64,000 bases of DNA from Pyrinomonadaceae bacterium (GCA_035257465.1 DATEXA010000239.1:3809-67808); one strand, 5' to 3'. Shown: positions 39,101-48,310, counted from the stretch's first letter. The notes: a model not told the origin generated them from the sequence alone. A program made the numbers and translations.

Positions 39101-39283
39101 CTGATACCGTTCATCGTCTCGTCCGGAACTGGGGCTGAAATCGAAAAGCCACTGGCGATCGTCGTGGTCGGCGGATTGGTGACCCGCCCGATCAAGATCG
39201 TGATTCTCCCGATGGTGTATGAGTGGGTAGAGAGACGTGCCACGCGTCGCGCCGAAAGAAGCGCAGAGGTCACTGAAGAATAA
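36185..39283 (+). CDS. CusA/CzcA-family heavy-metal efflux RND permease
   Basis: 1032 aa with 12-TM architecture. The TM4 motif is 'GGLAISIGMMVDATIVMVENIYRHL', with VDA rather than the DFG...DGA of CzcA. Confidence 0.93.
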   Translation: MTDNFIAFFYRERLLVAVVSMLIVAGGVLALTKLNVDAFPDVTPVQVEIDTEAQGLAPQEVEQLITFPIENVMNGISGVVRVQSISKFGLSVVNVYFRDDVDIYFARQQVFERLSLAKDSMPAGFEPGMGPITTGTGQIYLYEIVGRGKSNQELRTIQDWIVKLQLRTVPGVADVLSFGGDVKQYHVIVDQQALVNYNIPLKSLFEAIQANNQNTGANFIEHGDDQYVIRGLGLVESIDDIKNIVLDSRGGTAIRVSDVAQVQIGNEIRQGAVTKDGQGEVVTGIVLKRINENTKQVIERVKEKVVEINKTLPEGVSIVDYYDQSELVDNSTHTVVKSLIEGELLVLVILLLLLGDFRGSLITAAAIPFCMLVAFILMWYSGLSANLTSLGGLAISIGMMVDATIVMVENIYRHLEEHREHSMREAILVAAQEIGRPMFFAILIVIAVFLPVFTLEGVEGKLFKPLAYAVTFSMIGSMLMALCIAPMLCALWLRLKKGAVRTNPIVGFFKGIYVPVLKFAIAHRYLTLIFAGALLIWSVADIFILGNEFLPTIDEGNMLVRATMPASISLSRAIDVSTQIEKSLREFPEVETVVAKIGRAELGGDPESVSNDELYVHLKPKEQWTTAKTKDELVDALRRRVQGIPGVEFNFSQVIQTRNDELLSGINAQIAIKIFGEDQDTLRQVAESIRESISHVRGVKDLAVEQSAGEEHLEIALDRNKLARYGLNIADVLEVAKIAIGGDEATDVLEGQRRFAIFVRLKQDYRNQVEKLNDILVTAPIGGQVPLGQLATFRLSSGDSVISRENALRRIVVKCNVTGRDIGSFVKDAQAAVAAQVKTPAGYFVTWGGQFENAQQATRRLLIAIPIALLLVFILIYTCFNSLRNTLTIIFNIPIALVGSTTFLLISGFPISVPAIVGFIAVFGIAVQNGMVMVSYINKLRDRGLDLHEAVITGASVRLRAELLSALIGSISLIPFIVSSGTGAEIEKPLAIVVVGGLVTRPIKIVILPMVYEWVERRATRRAERSAEVTEE

Positions 39284-39505
39284 TTGTGTTGTAGGAATGG
39301 CGAGCCAACATATTCACCAGTCGACGCTACTGCGTTCCAGGCAGAGGTTCGCAAACTACGAACTCCCATTGCCATAACCTCGCAAACTCTCTTCCCGGTA
39401 TTGTCAGATTAACGGACAAAGATGGAGTAGGCGGTTTTCGTGCGGCATGCTTGATGGGTGGGCACGGTTTCGGCGCATCCTAACGGAAGCCCGACGTTCA
39501 AACGC

Positions 39506-41722
39506 CTATCTGAAATTTCTTATTAATACGACGTCACTGATCATGTTGCCTCGGACCAATGCCAGTTGTTTACCATCGCGTGACCATGCAAAGCGAAAAA
39601 TCTGATCGGATTGAAAATCGGTTAACGGTTTTGGCGGGCCCCCATCGATCGGCTGGCTCACGATGTTGCGGTGAGTTTGTCGGTCCATGTGGGCAAGCGC
39701 GAGGCCATCCGGAGTCCAACGCACATAAAAGTTAGGGGAGCTTACGTCTAAAATCCTGACCGGCTCTCCTCCGGCAAAAGGATAAACTGCCGTCTTGATC
39801 CTTTCTCGGTCAAAGTAGGCGCAGGCAATCCATTTACCATCAGGTGAAATGGCCGGTCGAGAAGAGGCTTTATCATTGACTTGTGCCGGTTCGCCACCGT
39901 CGATAGACACCTTCCATAAGGTCTGCTTACCAAACCCGCTTCGGTAGATCACCCATTGGCTATCAGGCGAACAGTCCGGCAGCCATTCACTCCCACCCAC
40001 CGTCAATTCCTGCGGATTATTTCCATCGATATCCATTCGCCAAATATTCTGAAGGCCGGCGCGGTCGGACATGAATATGATGTAGCGGCCATCAGCTGAG
40101 GCCACCGGCCACTTGTTGTTGCTTCCGTCGGCGGTCAGTTGTTTTTGATTGCCGCCATCTTGGTCCATTATCCAAATATCCGAGTGGCCGCTCGCGCGCG
40201 ACGTGTAGACTAGACGACCGTCAGGTGTCCACGATATGCCTTCTACTCCGTCCGCATTATTTGCACGAATGCCCTTAGCGTGTTGAGTGTCTCCGTTGGG
40301 CGCAATCCAGATACTCGAGATCAAACCGGACTGCACCGTAACGAGGGATGTGCCATCCGCCGTCAGACTCACGCTGCGGTAGTCGTTTAAATCATTTGTG
40401 ATTCTGCGCACCTCGCCGCCTGGATATGACAGATACCAGAGCTGAGAAGGGCCCGATTCTTGCGCTTGCCCGGTAAAAACTAGTCCGCTACCATCTCGCA
40501 GCCAGGCCATTCGTCCAACCCGCCACCATCTCTGAGGAGTGAGAAGTTTCGCCGATCCATCCTGGACTCGAACTTCCAACACTCCCATATAAGAGCCATC
40601 AGCTCCGGTCGTTCCGGCGGGGCAAGCGATGATTGTGCCATCAGGTGACCATGCCGGAGCGTCCTCTGCGCCAGAGAAAAAATCAGGATCGTTTCGTATC
40701 GAGAGTTTTTGTTCTGAGGCGCCATCTGCTTTCGCCACGATCAAGGCGCTCTGCCCCGCAGCCGGATAGCCACGCAGGAAAGCCAGACGCTTGCCGTCAG
40801 GAGATAGCGTAACAAGGCTATCAATATCCCAGACTAGTCTTCTGGGCAGACCCCCCAGGATCGGCATTTTGTACAGCACGCCAGCAGTCTGCTCTTCCGC
40901 GAGGTAGTAGAGGTAGTCCCCGTCAGTTGAGATCGTTAATCCTCCCCAACGAACGTCAGCGGGAGGAATGATCTGTATATTACTTGCAGCGGCCACCTGT
41001 CTCATCCAAAGACTTTGCTGTCCCGAATCAGCCATAACGTAAGCAACGTATCTCCCGTCGGGAGAGATCGCGGCGTCCACTGCCTTGCCGTTGCTGGTGA
41101 GCCGTGTAATCTTCATCGTCTCAAAAGGCGCGACTGTCTTCCGGCCAATCAATTTGTAGAGACTGAAACCTGCAACGGCTATCATAAACAGTGCCAGTGC
41201 GACTCCTCCCGCACGTTTGTATCTGATGTTCTTGTCCACGAAACGTTCGAGGATTGATAGACGCGCCGCGTCAATTTGTGTTTGCGGTTCCCATGCTCCT
41301 GTTCCAATGGCGACGTTGGCGCTTGTCTCTAACTCTTCAGTGACGATGTGCGCTCTGATCCGATTGTGAACGATTAAATCTTCGGGGCCACTTTCCAGTT
41401 CGCTCACTTGAGCGGTGAACCTGTAGCCTCGCTTCGGTATGGTCTCAATAAAACTCTTGCCATTCTCGTCTTCACCGAGCGTCTTCCGCAGCGCCGAGAT
41501 ATTCACCGAAAGATTGACGTCCTCGACAAAGGCATCGGGCCACAGCTCCCTCATCAACAGCTCTTTGTCTAGCAGATGACCGCTGTGCTGGATCAGGACA
41601 ACTAATGTGTCGAAAACCTTTGGCGGCAGTGACACTGGTTTTCCATTGCGCAGCAGCAAACGCTCCGCGGTATCCAGACGGAACTCGCCAAACTCGTACA
41701 GGTGCTTTTCCGAACTGCTCAT
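39506..41722 (-). CDS. Membrane-anchored winged-helix (CadC/OmpR-type) regulator fused to a TolB-like beta-propeller
   Basis: N-terminal 'YEFGEFRLDTAERLLLRNGKPVSLPPKVFDTLVVL...IETIPKRGYRF' and one TM segment 'ALALFMIAVAGFSLY'. Repeated PD40-like units follow ('SPDGRYVAY', 'SPDGKRLAF', 'SPDGTIIAC', 'TPDGRLVY', 'SADGRYIIF', 'SPDGKWIAC'). Confidence 0.9.
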   Translation of the reverse strand: MSSSEKHLYEFGEFRLDTAERLLLRNGKPVSLPPKVFDTLVVLIQHSGHLLDKELLMRELWPDAFVEDVNLSVNISALRKTLGEDENGKSFIETIPKRGYRFTAQVSELESGPEDLIVHNRIRAHIVTEELETSANVAIGTGAWEPQTQIDAARLSILERFVDKNIRYKRAGGVALALFMIAVAGFSLYKLIGRKTVAPFETMKITRLTSNGKAVDAAISPDGRYVAYVMADSGQQSLWMRQVAAASNIQIIPPADVRWGGLTISTDGDYLYYLAEEQTAGVLYKMPILGGLPRRLVWDIDSLVTLSPDGKRLAFLRGYPAAGQSALIVAKADGASEQKLSIRNDPDFFSGAEDAPAWSPDGTIIACPAGTTGADGSYMGVLEVRVQDGSAKLLTPQRWWRVGRMAWLRDGSGLVFTGQAQESGPSQLWYLSYPGGEVRRITNDLNDYRSVSLTADGTSLVTVQSGLISSIWIAPNGDTQHAKGIRANNADGVEGISWTPDGRLVYTSRASGHSDIWIMDQDGGNQKQLTADGSNNKWPVASADGRYIIFMSDRAGLQNIWRMDIDGNNPQELTVGGSEWLPDCSPDSQWVIYRSGFGKQTLWKVSIDGGEPAQVNDKASSRPAISPDGKWIACAYFDRERIKTAVYPFAGGEPVRILDVSSPNFYVRWTPDGLALAHMDRQTHRNIVSQPIDGGPPKPLTDFQSDQIFRFAWSRDGKQLALVRGNMISDVVLIRNFR

Positions 41723-41956
41723 AAACTCCTGAAAAAGGCGTTAGGAAAACCTTAAGGAGTTCCCAAAGGTTTCTAAAAGACTTTTTCTCGCCTTCACCTT
41801 TAACTTCCACCCTGAAAAAGTGCACTGGCGAATGCGACGTGGTCCAGCCACTAATCGCGCGTCATTCTAGTCCCACGTGAGAGTGGTCACAAGGGACTTA
41901 CGGACCGCTATCCACGCACCATGCCTGGATAGCCACAGACAAAAGGAGAGAAAGTA

Positions 41957-42490
41957 ATGAATAATCGAAACACAGAAAAAAGAGTTGGGGTCGCGGGACT
42001 GAACCGGAAAGTGGTGTTTCACTCATTAGGACTGATTTTCGTAGCACTGCTCTGGCCGATTACAAACGCAAACGCCTCGGTATACAGTCTCAGTTTGTTT
42101 GGCCCAATGTATGCAACCAACTCAGATGGTGACACGATCAGGCTGAACGCTGCCGGGACATTTGACACCGTTAACGGCGGCGTCGAAGTGCATGGGTCGT
42201 ACTCTATCCGGAACGCTGCTGGAGAAGTTACCGGGCGCGGCACTTGGGCGGCCACTGAGTTCGTAAGTTTCGAATCGGATGGCGGGCTAAATAAGGGCTT
42301 ACAGGGTGGAGAACTCAGTCTCATCGTAACCTTGTCTCCAAATGATGGTCCACCGGATGTTGGTGTGCCGTTCACTCTCACTTGTCCCTTCGAGAACGGA
42401 GTGTTCGATATCCCAAGCTGCGACATGACAGTTGGTGACTTCGTAACTCCAGCGGGTGGAATAATGGGGTTCCACCTAATTACGCCTTAA
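41957..42490 (+). CDS. Small secreted hypothetical protein
   Basis: AAGGAGAGA Shine-Dalgarno and the signal/TM segment 'LGLIFVALLWPITNANA'. The mature part of about 135 aa has one Trp and two Cys. No family was recognised. Confidence 0.65.
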   Translation: MNNRNTEKRVGVAGLNRKVVFHSLGLIFVALLWPITNANASVYSLSLFGPMYATNSDGDTIRLNAAGTFDTVNGGVEVHGSYSIRNAAGEVTGRGTWAATEFVSFESDGGLNKGLQGGELSLIVTLSPNDGPPDVGVPFTLTCPFENGVFDIPSCDMTVGDFVTPAGGIMGFHLITP

Positions 42491-42703
42491 TGGCGAACGC
42501 CCAAGATAGACACGTATCAAAGGTTCGCTGACGTCGTTGAGCGCAGAACTCTCTGCTGAATTGCGAGCGATGGCTCTCGGCTCATTACGACAATGATGGC
42601 TGCCAATGGGATACCCAAATACCTGGCGCGCTTAAGTGTGCACTCGGTTTTCATGAGGGTTGTCGCTATCGACCCGTCCGTCAAGAAATTGGGGAACAAC
42701 GCC

Positions 42704-44170
42704 ATGCTGCGCTACACAGAGTTGATGCTTGTGAGTCTTGTTCTCACCGCGACCTGCGTTGTGCTGGGAGCTCCTCAAAGCCCCACAGGCTCCGGCGATG
42801 ATGCGCTGGATCAGAAATTATCCGTAAGACTAAAGGAAGTCAGTTTTTCTGGTCGCATCGAGGCGACGCTTGAGCAACGGATAGGTCGACCCGTGGACCA
42901 CAGGCTGGCCAACGTCGGGCGCTTGCTCTGGTTCGATACCATTACTGGGCTGAACAACGACAACACGTGCGGCGGCTGCCACTCACCCACCAACGGCTTT
43001 GGCGACACACAATCGATTGCCATCGGCATTGATAACAACGGCATCGTGGGCCCGCACCGCGCCGGACCACGCAACCAACGCCGCACGCCGATGGCAATCA
43101 ACGCGGCGTTCTTTCCGACCCTTATGTGGAACTCACGATTTGCGTCGCTCTCGGGCGACCCGTTTGATAACAGCGCAGGCTTCAAGTTTCCATCACCCGA
43201 AAGTCTGAGCCTGTCATATCTGCCGCAGTTGCTCGATGCACAGTCGTTCATCCCGCCAACTGAGCGAGTCGAAGCGGCCGGGTTCACTTTTTCGGGGGAC
43301 AACTTTGCCATCCGTGCCGAGGTTCTCAACCGATTAAATGCGGTCGGAGCGTACCGCAAACTGTTTGGTGAGGTTTTCCCGGAAGTGAAAACCGGTGCTC
43401 CAATCGATTTCGACATGTTCGGCAAAGCAATCGCGGAGTTTGAATTCAGCCTGGTCTTCGCGAACGCGCCGATTGATCAATATGCGCGCGGCCAAAAGAA
43501 TGCGCTTACGACTGACCAGAAGAAAGGCGCGTTGCTTTTCTTTGCCGGCGCAGGCTGTGTCTCGTGTCACAAGGTTTCCGGACCGTCAAATGAAATGTTC
43601 AGCGACTTCACGCAACATGTGATTGGCGTGCCCCAAATCGCTCCCGCGGTGGGCGATCCTTTGGCCGGCAACACAACCTTTGATGGTCCGGAACACAATG
43701 AGGACTTCGGCTTGGAGCAAGTCACCGGTGATCCGAATGATCGTTATAGTTTCCGCACTTCGCCACTGCGCAATGTGGCCTTGCAACCAACCTTCTTCCA
43801 CAACGGCGCGTTTACTCGGCTGGAAGACGCTATTCGACATCATCTTGATGTGACCGCATCAGTCACTCACTATGACCCGGTGGCGGCCGGACTTGCGCCG
43901 GACCTGACGGGACCGCCCGGACCAATGGCGCCGGTGCTGGCGCGGCTTGATCCGCTGCTGGCCGTTCCGGTCCATTTAACAGACGAAGAGTTTCGACAGT
44001 TGGTCGATTTCGTGAGGAATGGTCTGCTGGACCCTCGCGCTCAGCCGGAGAATTTACGAACGCTGGTGCCAAAGTCGGTACCAAGTGGCAGATCCGTTTT
44101 GACTTTCGAATTTGACGACAAATGCGATCACTTAGAGCGGTCAGCCTCTCAGGAAATGAGATCGCCCTGA
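42704..44170 (+). CDS. Di-heme cytochrome c peroxidase-family protein (CCP/MauG superfamily)
   Basis: Two CxxCH motifs, 'CGGCHSP' and 'CVSCHKV', plus 'FRTSPLRNVALQPTFFHNG'. The signal peptide is 'LVSLVLTATCVVLGA'. The start is at the internal Met of track ORF 42593-44170. Confidence 0.88.
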   Translation: MLRYTELMLVSLVLTATCVVLGAPQSPTGSGDDALDQKLSVRLKEVSFSGRIEATLEQRIGRPVDHRLANVGRLLWFDTITGLNNDNTCGGCHSPTNGFGDTQSIAIGIDNNGIVGPHRAGPRNQRRTPMAINAAFFPTLMWNSRFASLSGDPFDNSAGFKFPSPESLSLSYLPQLLDAQSFIPPTERVEAAGFTFSGDNFAIRAEVLNRLNAVGAYRKLFGEVFPEVKTGAPIDFDMFGKAIAEFEFSLVFANAPIDQYARGQKNALTTDQKKGALLFFAGAGCVSCHKVSGPSNEMFSDFTQHVIGVPQIAPAVGDPLAGNTTFDGPEHNEDFGLEQVTGDPNDRYSFRTSPLRNVALQPTFFHNGAFTRLEDAIRHHLDVTASVTHYDPVAAGLAPDLTGPPGPMAPVLARLDPLLAVPVHLTDEEFRQLVDFVRNGLLDPRAQPENLRTLVPKSVPSGRSVLTFEFDDKCDHLERSASQEMRSP

Positions 44171-44235
44171 GTCCTATCGCACCCTAAACGTCATCCGAAA
44201 GTTTTTAACTATTCGCCATGGATCGATCCTAAACA

Positions 44236-44550
44236 ATGAGGTTAAAAAAGAGACGAACAGAGATCGCTTTCGAGCTGGAGCAAACCATGATCGTTAAGCG
44301 TCGCAGCGGCTCTGCCTCGGGTTGGTGCAATGACTGTGCATTGGAGGTGGTGATGCTCACCCCCGACGAAGCCGCATCGATAACATCAACGACTACGCGG
44401 GCACTCTATCGATTGGTAGATGCTGGAACTATCCATTTCACGGAGACGGAAGGAGGGCTGATTCGTCTGTGCTTCCCTTCAGTGCTACAAGCAATGTGCG
44501 TGGCGAATCAAGACAAGCAGTTTTTGCCTAAGAAGGCGAGTCGGCCGTGA
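44236..44550 (+). CDS. Small hypothetical protein with a probable HTH (excisionase/MerR-like) segment
   Basis: 'WCNDCALEVVMLTPDEAASITSTTTRALYRLVDAGTIHFTETEGGLIRLC' shows a Cys pair followed by an HTH-like motif. The function is uncertain. Confidence 0.5.
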   Translation: MRLKKRRTEIAFELEQTMIVKRRSGSASGWCNDCALEVVMLTPDEAASITSTTTRALYRLVDAGTIHFTETEGGLIRLCFPSVLQAMCVANQDKQFLPKKASRP

Positions 44551-44753
44551 GCGTCACTCGTCACGGCATTCTAACGGACAAGCTCCCGAGATTGATCCAT
44601 TCTTTACTACTAAGCCAGACGTGGAATGGGCCTGGCGATCTCCCGCACAATATCGAGGCGCACGGCAATCACCTCATGGCCGAAAACAATTCGGACGGTG
44701 GCGCAACGTTTTGCTTTACGCTACCGGTGGCGAAAGAGAAGGTTTGCGCATGA
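44547..44753 (+). pseudogene. Remnant of a histidine-kinase HATPase_c C-terminus
   Basis: G-box pieces are scattered over three frames: 'IDPFFTTKPD', then 'GMGLAISRTI', then 'IEAHGNHLMAENNSDGGATFCFTLP'. The upstream HisKA and sensor parts are absent. Confidence 0.65.
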
Positions 44754-44921
44754 GAGAACCCGCGCCCATAGTTCGGATCATGGATGGACGACCCTTCTTT
44801 TCCGACAGCGGTCGGGCGAACGTTGCGAGCGTCTGGTTTTGAGGTGAGGACTGTCGCGTCGGCGGCGGAGTTTTTCGCACGCCAGAACTCGATATACCGC
44901 AACAGCGAATCTCTAAGATGA
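44750..44921 (+). pseudogene. Remnant of a response-regulator receiver domain
   Basis: The ATG overlaps the kinase remnant stop as ATGA. 'PIVRIMD' is followed, after a 1-nt frameshift, by 'DDPSFPTAVGRTLRASGFEVRTVASAAEFFARQ'. The sequence then degenerates, and the phospho-acceptor region is missing. Confidence 0.65.
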
Positions 44922-44984
44922 TGGTCCGCTACTCTGAAACGTCGTAATGTGGCGAAACGGAAAACGAGGATCTTGATTCCACTC

Positions 44985-46343
44985 TCAATGCGAATAAGCG
45001 AAGTGAGTTTTGCGTAAAACCGGCGCAGTCTGTTGCGGGTTCTGCGCTGTCGCATTCGAAGGACTCCGATAGATGTAGCTGTCGCGAGCTCGAACGACAA
45101 GGTCCGAACGATTAGTGCGAACCTTGATTTGGTGTCGCTCTCCAGGTTGTCCTGCTGATTTCGGGTAATAGCCGAGGCTGTACTGTCGACGCAGCTCTTC
45201 TGCAACTTGAAAAAACGCATTGTCCAGGTTCTGATCTGCGTTGTACACACGTGCGCCCGTTTTGTCAGCAAGAGCCTGCAAGTAATGACTGGCGAACCGG
45301 TAATCTTCAGGACTCGCCCCTGGAAGACTGCCGCCTCCGGGCCATCCACCACCACCCGGCCAGCCGCCGCCTCCCCCAACTATCACGCCGCCAAAGATAC
45401 CGCCGATGATGATCGACCTCGAAGACGACGGTCGGCGCCGCGAGCCCGGCAACGATCCTGGCCACGAACCTCCGACGTTCATGTCCTGGTAAGTGTCAAA
45501 TTGCACGGGGTAGATCAGCGCGTCGAGTTCCTCCGCGTCGCGGATATTGTCTTCGTTACCCGCCTTGCGGCTGGTCGTATCGACGCCGTCTGTAAAAAGA
45601 ACGATTGCCTTTCTTCCTTGAATGTGACTGAGACGCTCGTTGATTACTTGATCGACCGCATCATAGAGGCGCGTTCCCCCGCCAGTACGTGTTCGCATGA
45701 TCGCCCGCCGCATTGCTTCGCGATCGTTGGTTGGCTGTTCAATCAGAAACCGTATTTTATCGTCGAAGGAAACCACCATTACGCGATCGTTTGGCTGTAG
45801 CTGATTCACAAACGCGATGGCCGCATCTTGAATCTCCTCAAGCTTAAAATGTGTCGAGCCGCTAGTGTCGATCATCAGCACGACCGTGAATGGTTGTTCG
45901 GTCGACGCGAAGTATGCCACCTCTTGTTCAACCCCATCATCCCACACGCGAAAATCTTCTTTGTGCAAGTTCGGAATGTACTTGCCATCGCGGTCCAACA
46001 CGCTCACCGGAATCGTTACCAGCGTCGTGTTCACGCGGATGATATCGCCTGCCCCGACTTCTTCCGGCCCATTATCTGAAGGTTGACGTTTTTGATTAGC
46101 GGGTTGCTGACTACTCGAATTCTCGCCCCTGAGGATTGGTGGTCGCGATGTCGGTGTCGAAGGAGTTGAGGTCGACGACGAGCCGCTATCTCCGACCCGA
46201 CGCGGACGAGTTTGTGCATTTGATCTCTGGATCGATATCACCAAGAGCGCAAACAGAAGAAAAGATGTAAACCTAACGAAGCAGCGTTGACTTGCGAATT
46301 TGTCGGAACTTGAAAAGGGAAATCTGATCGTGTTCCTTCTCAT
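44985..46343 (-). CDS. VWA (von Willebrand factor A) domain protein, secreted or membrane-anchored
   Basis: MIDAS region 'VVLMIDTSGSTHF...', 'TRLYDAV' and 'IVLFTDGVDT'. The N-terminal hydrophobic segment is 'FLLFALLVISI'. There is also a Gly-rich 'GGGGGWPGGGGWPGGG' linker. Confidence 0.88.
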   Translation of the reverse strand: MRRNTIRFPFSSSDKFASQRCFVRFTSFLLFALLVISIQRSNAQTRPRRVGDSGSSSTSTPSTPTSRPPILRGENSSSQQPANQKRQPSDNGPEEVGAGDIIRVNTTLVTIPVSVLDRDGKYIPNLHKEDFRVWDDGVEQEVAYFASTEQPFTVVLMIDTSGSTHFKLEEIQDAAIAFVNQLQPNDRVMVVSFDDKIRFLIEQPTNDREAMRRAIMRTRTGGGTRLYDAVDQVINERLSHIQGRKAIVLFTDGVDTTSRKAGNEDNIRDAEELDALIYPVQFDTYQDMNVGGSWPGSLPGSRRRPSSSRSIIIGGIFGGVIVGGGGGWPGGGGWPGGGSLPGASPEDYRFASHYLQALADKTGARVYNADQNLDNAFFQVAEELRRQYSLGYYPKSAGQPGERHQIKVRTNRSDLVVRARDSYIYRSPSNATAQNPQQTAPVLRKTHFAYSH

Positions 46344-46559
46344 GGCCAGGCCTCCTTAGACTTCAAAGACTCAGCAGCCAAAAGGGTTCTACTTTGATGT
46401 AGATGCTTTTGTCGTCCGCGTTGACGGCAATTCGGAAATAAAGAGGGGAGAGACGCTTAGATGTGCAAAAGATTACGCCTGAACGGCTTCAACAGCAAGC
46501 TACTCAGTTGCAGATCGGGTTTTAGCTTTCCAGGGAGTTGATGAACCGCCCCAATTGGA

Positions 46560-46853
46560 GTGATCATAACGTTAATCGGCGTAGCTCCGGAAGATTCGTC
46601 TCTTAGCACGATTGGGATGATCAATACGGCGCTGGGAGCACTAATTGGTTTACCTCTACTGATAGTTGGCAAGACACGCGTTAGCCAAGCGGCGCATTTG
46701 TTATCTGGTGAACCTTCGATGCGAACCATCGAGTCTCGGCGAGAAATCCAATCGTTGAACGCTGGCCTTGAGCCGGAAACTAATCGACTAATCCATCCGG
46801 AGTCAGTAAACGAACACACAACGCTCGACTTAAAGGGCCATCGAAAAGTTTAA
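46560..46853 (+). CDS. Hypothetical small membrane protein (doubtful)
   Basis: 97-aa GTG-start ORF with one hydrophobic segment 'TALGALIGLPLLIVG' and no recognisable motif. It competes with an antisense ORF. Confidence 0.3.
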   Translation: MIITLIGVAPEDSSLSTIGMINTALGALIGLPLLIVGKTRVSQAAHLLSGEPSMRTIESRREIQSLNAGLEPETNRLIHPESVNEHTTLDLKGHRKV

Positions 46854-47408
46854 AGTGGCAGCCAGCATCAGGCACATCGCCGAGCCTGCGAACGAACAGA
46901 ACCTGGACCGGCTTCAGTCTGTTCTTTCCGTTGGGAACTCGTGACGGCTAACCTTCTCGAGATTGAAATGAAAAAGCAGCACTGTTTCTCTCGATTATCG
47001 TCGCGTCCGGTTTAACGATGGTGACTGTTTATCAAACTGTCGTTCACGCGAGGAACTGGAGTTCGATCAATATCGTGATGACCAACCCAACTGTTATGGC
47101 GGCACTGTTTGGAACGCTCTTCCGAATTACCCCAATTGTGGTATCCCAGAACGACCCATCAGAGGTACTTTAAAAGCCTTCTATCATGTGATGTATTGGT
47201 CGGACGATTTATCCAGAATAAGAGTTCCACGAGACGCTATATGTCAGTAGTTCTGCCCGGATTAAGCGAAGCTGGATGTCAGTACGTGCCTCGTCGCCGA
47301 TTGCCGCGCTGGGTCTGGCAAGTTTCGGCTCATGAGATCTTGTGACAAAAAAAAGAATCACGCTCTCCATACTTGATTATGAAATGACTGAATGAGAGGA
47401 GAAATACA

Positions 47409-48032
47409 TTGGCAAAGCGACAAATCGATGCAAAACCCCACAAGCTCAATGCGCAACCTCGCCTGCATCAGCGAGCGGCTGAAATTCAATTGTACGGAAC
47501 CGTAAACCATGCGCTGCCACTTGAACTGGAAGAACCTATCCGACTGCAAATGACGGGTCAGTTGAACCAACTGCTGGCGGACACAATGACGCTGCGCGAC
47601 CTCTATAAGAAATCTCATTGGCAGGTTGCCGGTCCAACGTTCTACCAACTGCACCTGCTCTACGACAAACATTATGACGAGCAGGTTGAACTGGTTGACG
47701 CTATCGCCGAGCGGATTCAGTTGCTGGGCGGAGTCAGCCTGGCCATGGCCGCGGACGTAGCTGAGACCACGCAAATCGAGCGGCCTCCTCGAGGCCGGGA
47801 AGAAGTACCCGTTCAGTTATCGCGATTGATCGACGCGCATCAAGTGATCATTCGCCAGGTGCGGCCGTTAGCGAGCCGGGCTGCTGAGCTTGGCGATGAC
47901 GGCACGAATGATTTGGTCGTAAGCCAAGTGCTCCGCACTAACGAGCTCCAAGTCTGGTTCTTAAGCGAACATCTGGTAAACGTCCCATTGGTGCAAGCGA
48001 AAGAACGATCGGCAGCTGCCGGGGCAAAATAG
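47409..48032 (+). CDS. dps: Dps-family DNA-protection / ferritin-like protein
   Basis: GAGGAG Shine-Dalgarno before a TTG start. Motifs include 'LNQLLADTMTLRDLYKKSHWQVAGPTFYQLHLLYDKHYDEQVELVDAIAERIQLLGG'. Confidence 0.88.
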   Translation: MAKRQIDAKPHKLNAQPRLHQRAAEIQLYGTVNHALPLELEEPIRLQMTGQLNQLLADTMTLRDLYKKSHWQVAGPTFYQLHLLYDKHYDEQVELVDAIAERIQLLGGVSLAMAADVAETTQIERPPRGREEVPVQLSRLIDAHQVIIRQVRPLASRAAELGDDGTNDLVVSQVLRTNELQVWFLSEHLVNVPLVQAKERSAAAGAK

Positions 48033-48034
48033 AC

Positions 48035-48050
48035 GAAGCCAAGCGGCTTC
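48035..48050 (+). terminator. Short stem-loop after dps
   Basis: GAAGCC-aagc-GGCTTC sits immediately after the stop and is followed by a T-rich stretch. Confidence 0.35.
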
Positions 48051-48178
48051 TCATTGCTCTCGATTTAGCGACATGTTGAACCATTCAAGTCTCGCTGGCC
48101 CAGCGCGGGAGCCTTGGTGTGACTGACAGCTCTGTGCAGCCGGGCTACTAAGTTTGGCACGGAGTAACAAATGGTTAA

Positions 48179-48310
48179 TACTTCGCGATGGACAATGATC
48201 TGACACTCAAAGCAGCGGTCTTGCAATTGGGGTTCGTTTCGGAAACTGAATTCGATCGCGTCGTGGATCCAAAAAAGATGGTGAAACCGTATGTCGCAAC
48301 CGGCGCCTGA
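48179..48310 (+). pseudogene. Orphan C-terminal fragment of a class II fumarate hydratase / aspartase-family gene
   Basis: A 43-codon stretch '[31 protein letters not shown]' matches the FumC C-terminal tail pattern ('SLREAALALGYLSEAEFDSWVRPEQMVG'). Nothing homologous lies upstream. Confidence 0.5.

Noticed and set aside
44669-45379. 236-aa minus-strand ORF overlapping the 3' part of the VWA gene and the two-component remnants.
   Set aside because: It is out of frame with the well-supported VWA gene and is Arg-rich with no motif. It exists only because the region lacks stops in that frame.
45322-45410. Repetitive G/C-rich DNA encoding 'GGGGGWPGGGGWPGGG'.
   Set aside because: It is in frame within the VWA protein and is a low-complexity linker, not a repeat element or CRISPR-like array.
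46854-47408. 555-bp gap upstream of dps, including a 78-aa ORF (47109-47345) and a 51-codon hydrophobic ORF (about 47018-47170).
   Set aside because: Neither ORF has a Shine-Dalgarno or recognisable motif. I could not identify a convincing Fur/PerR/OxyR box, so nothing here is supportable beyond calling it a long promoter region.
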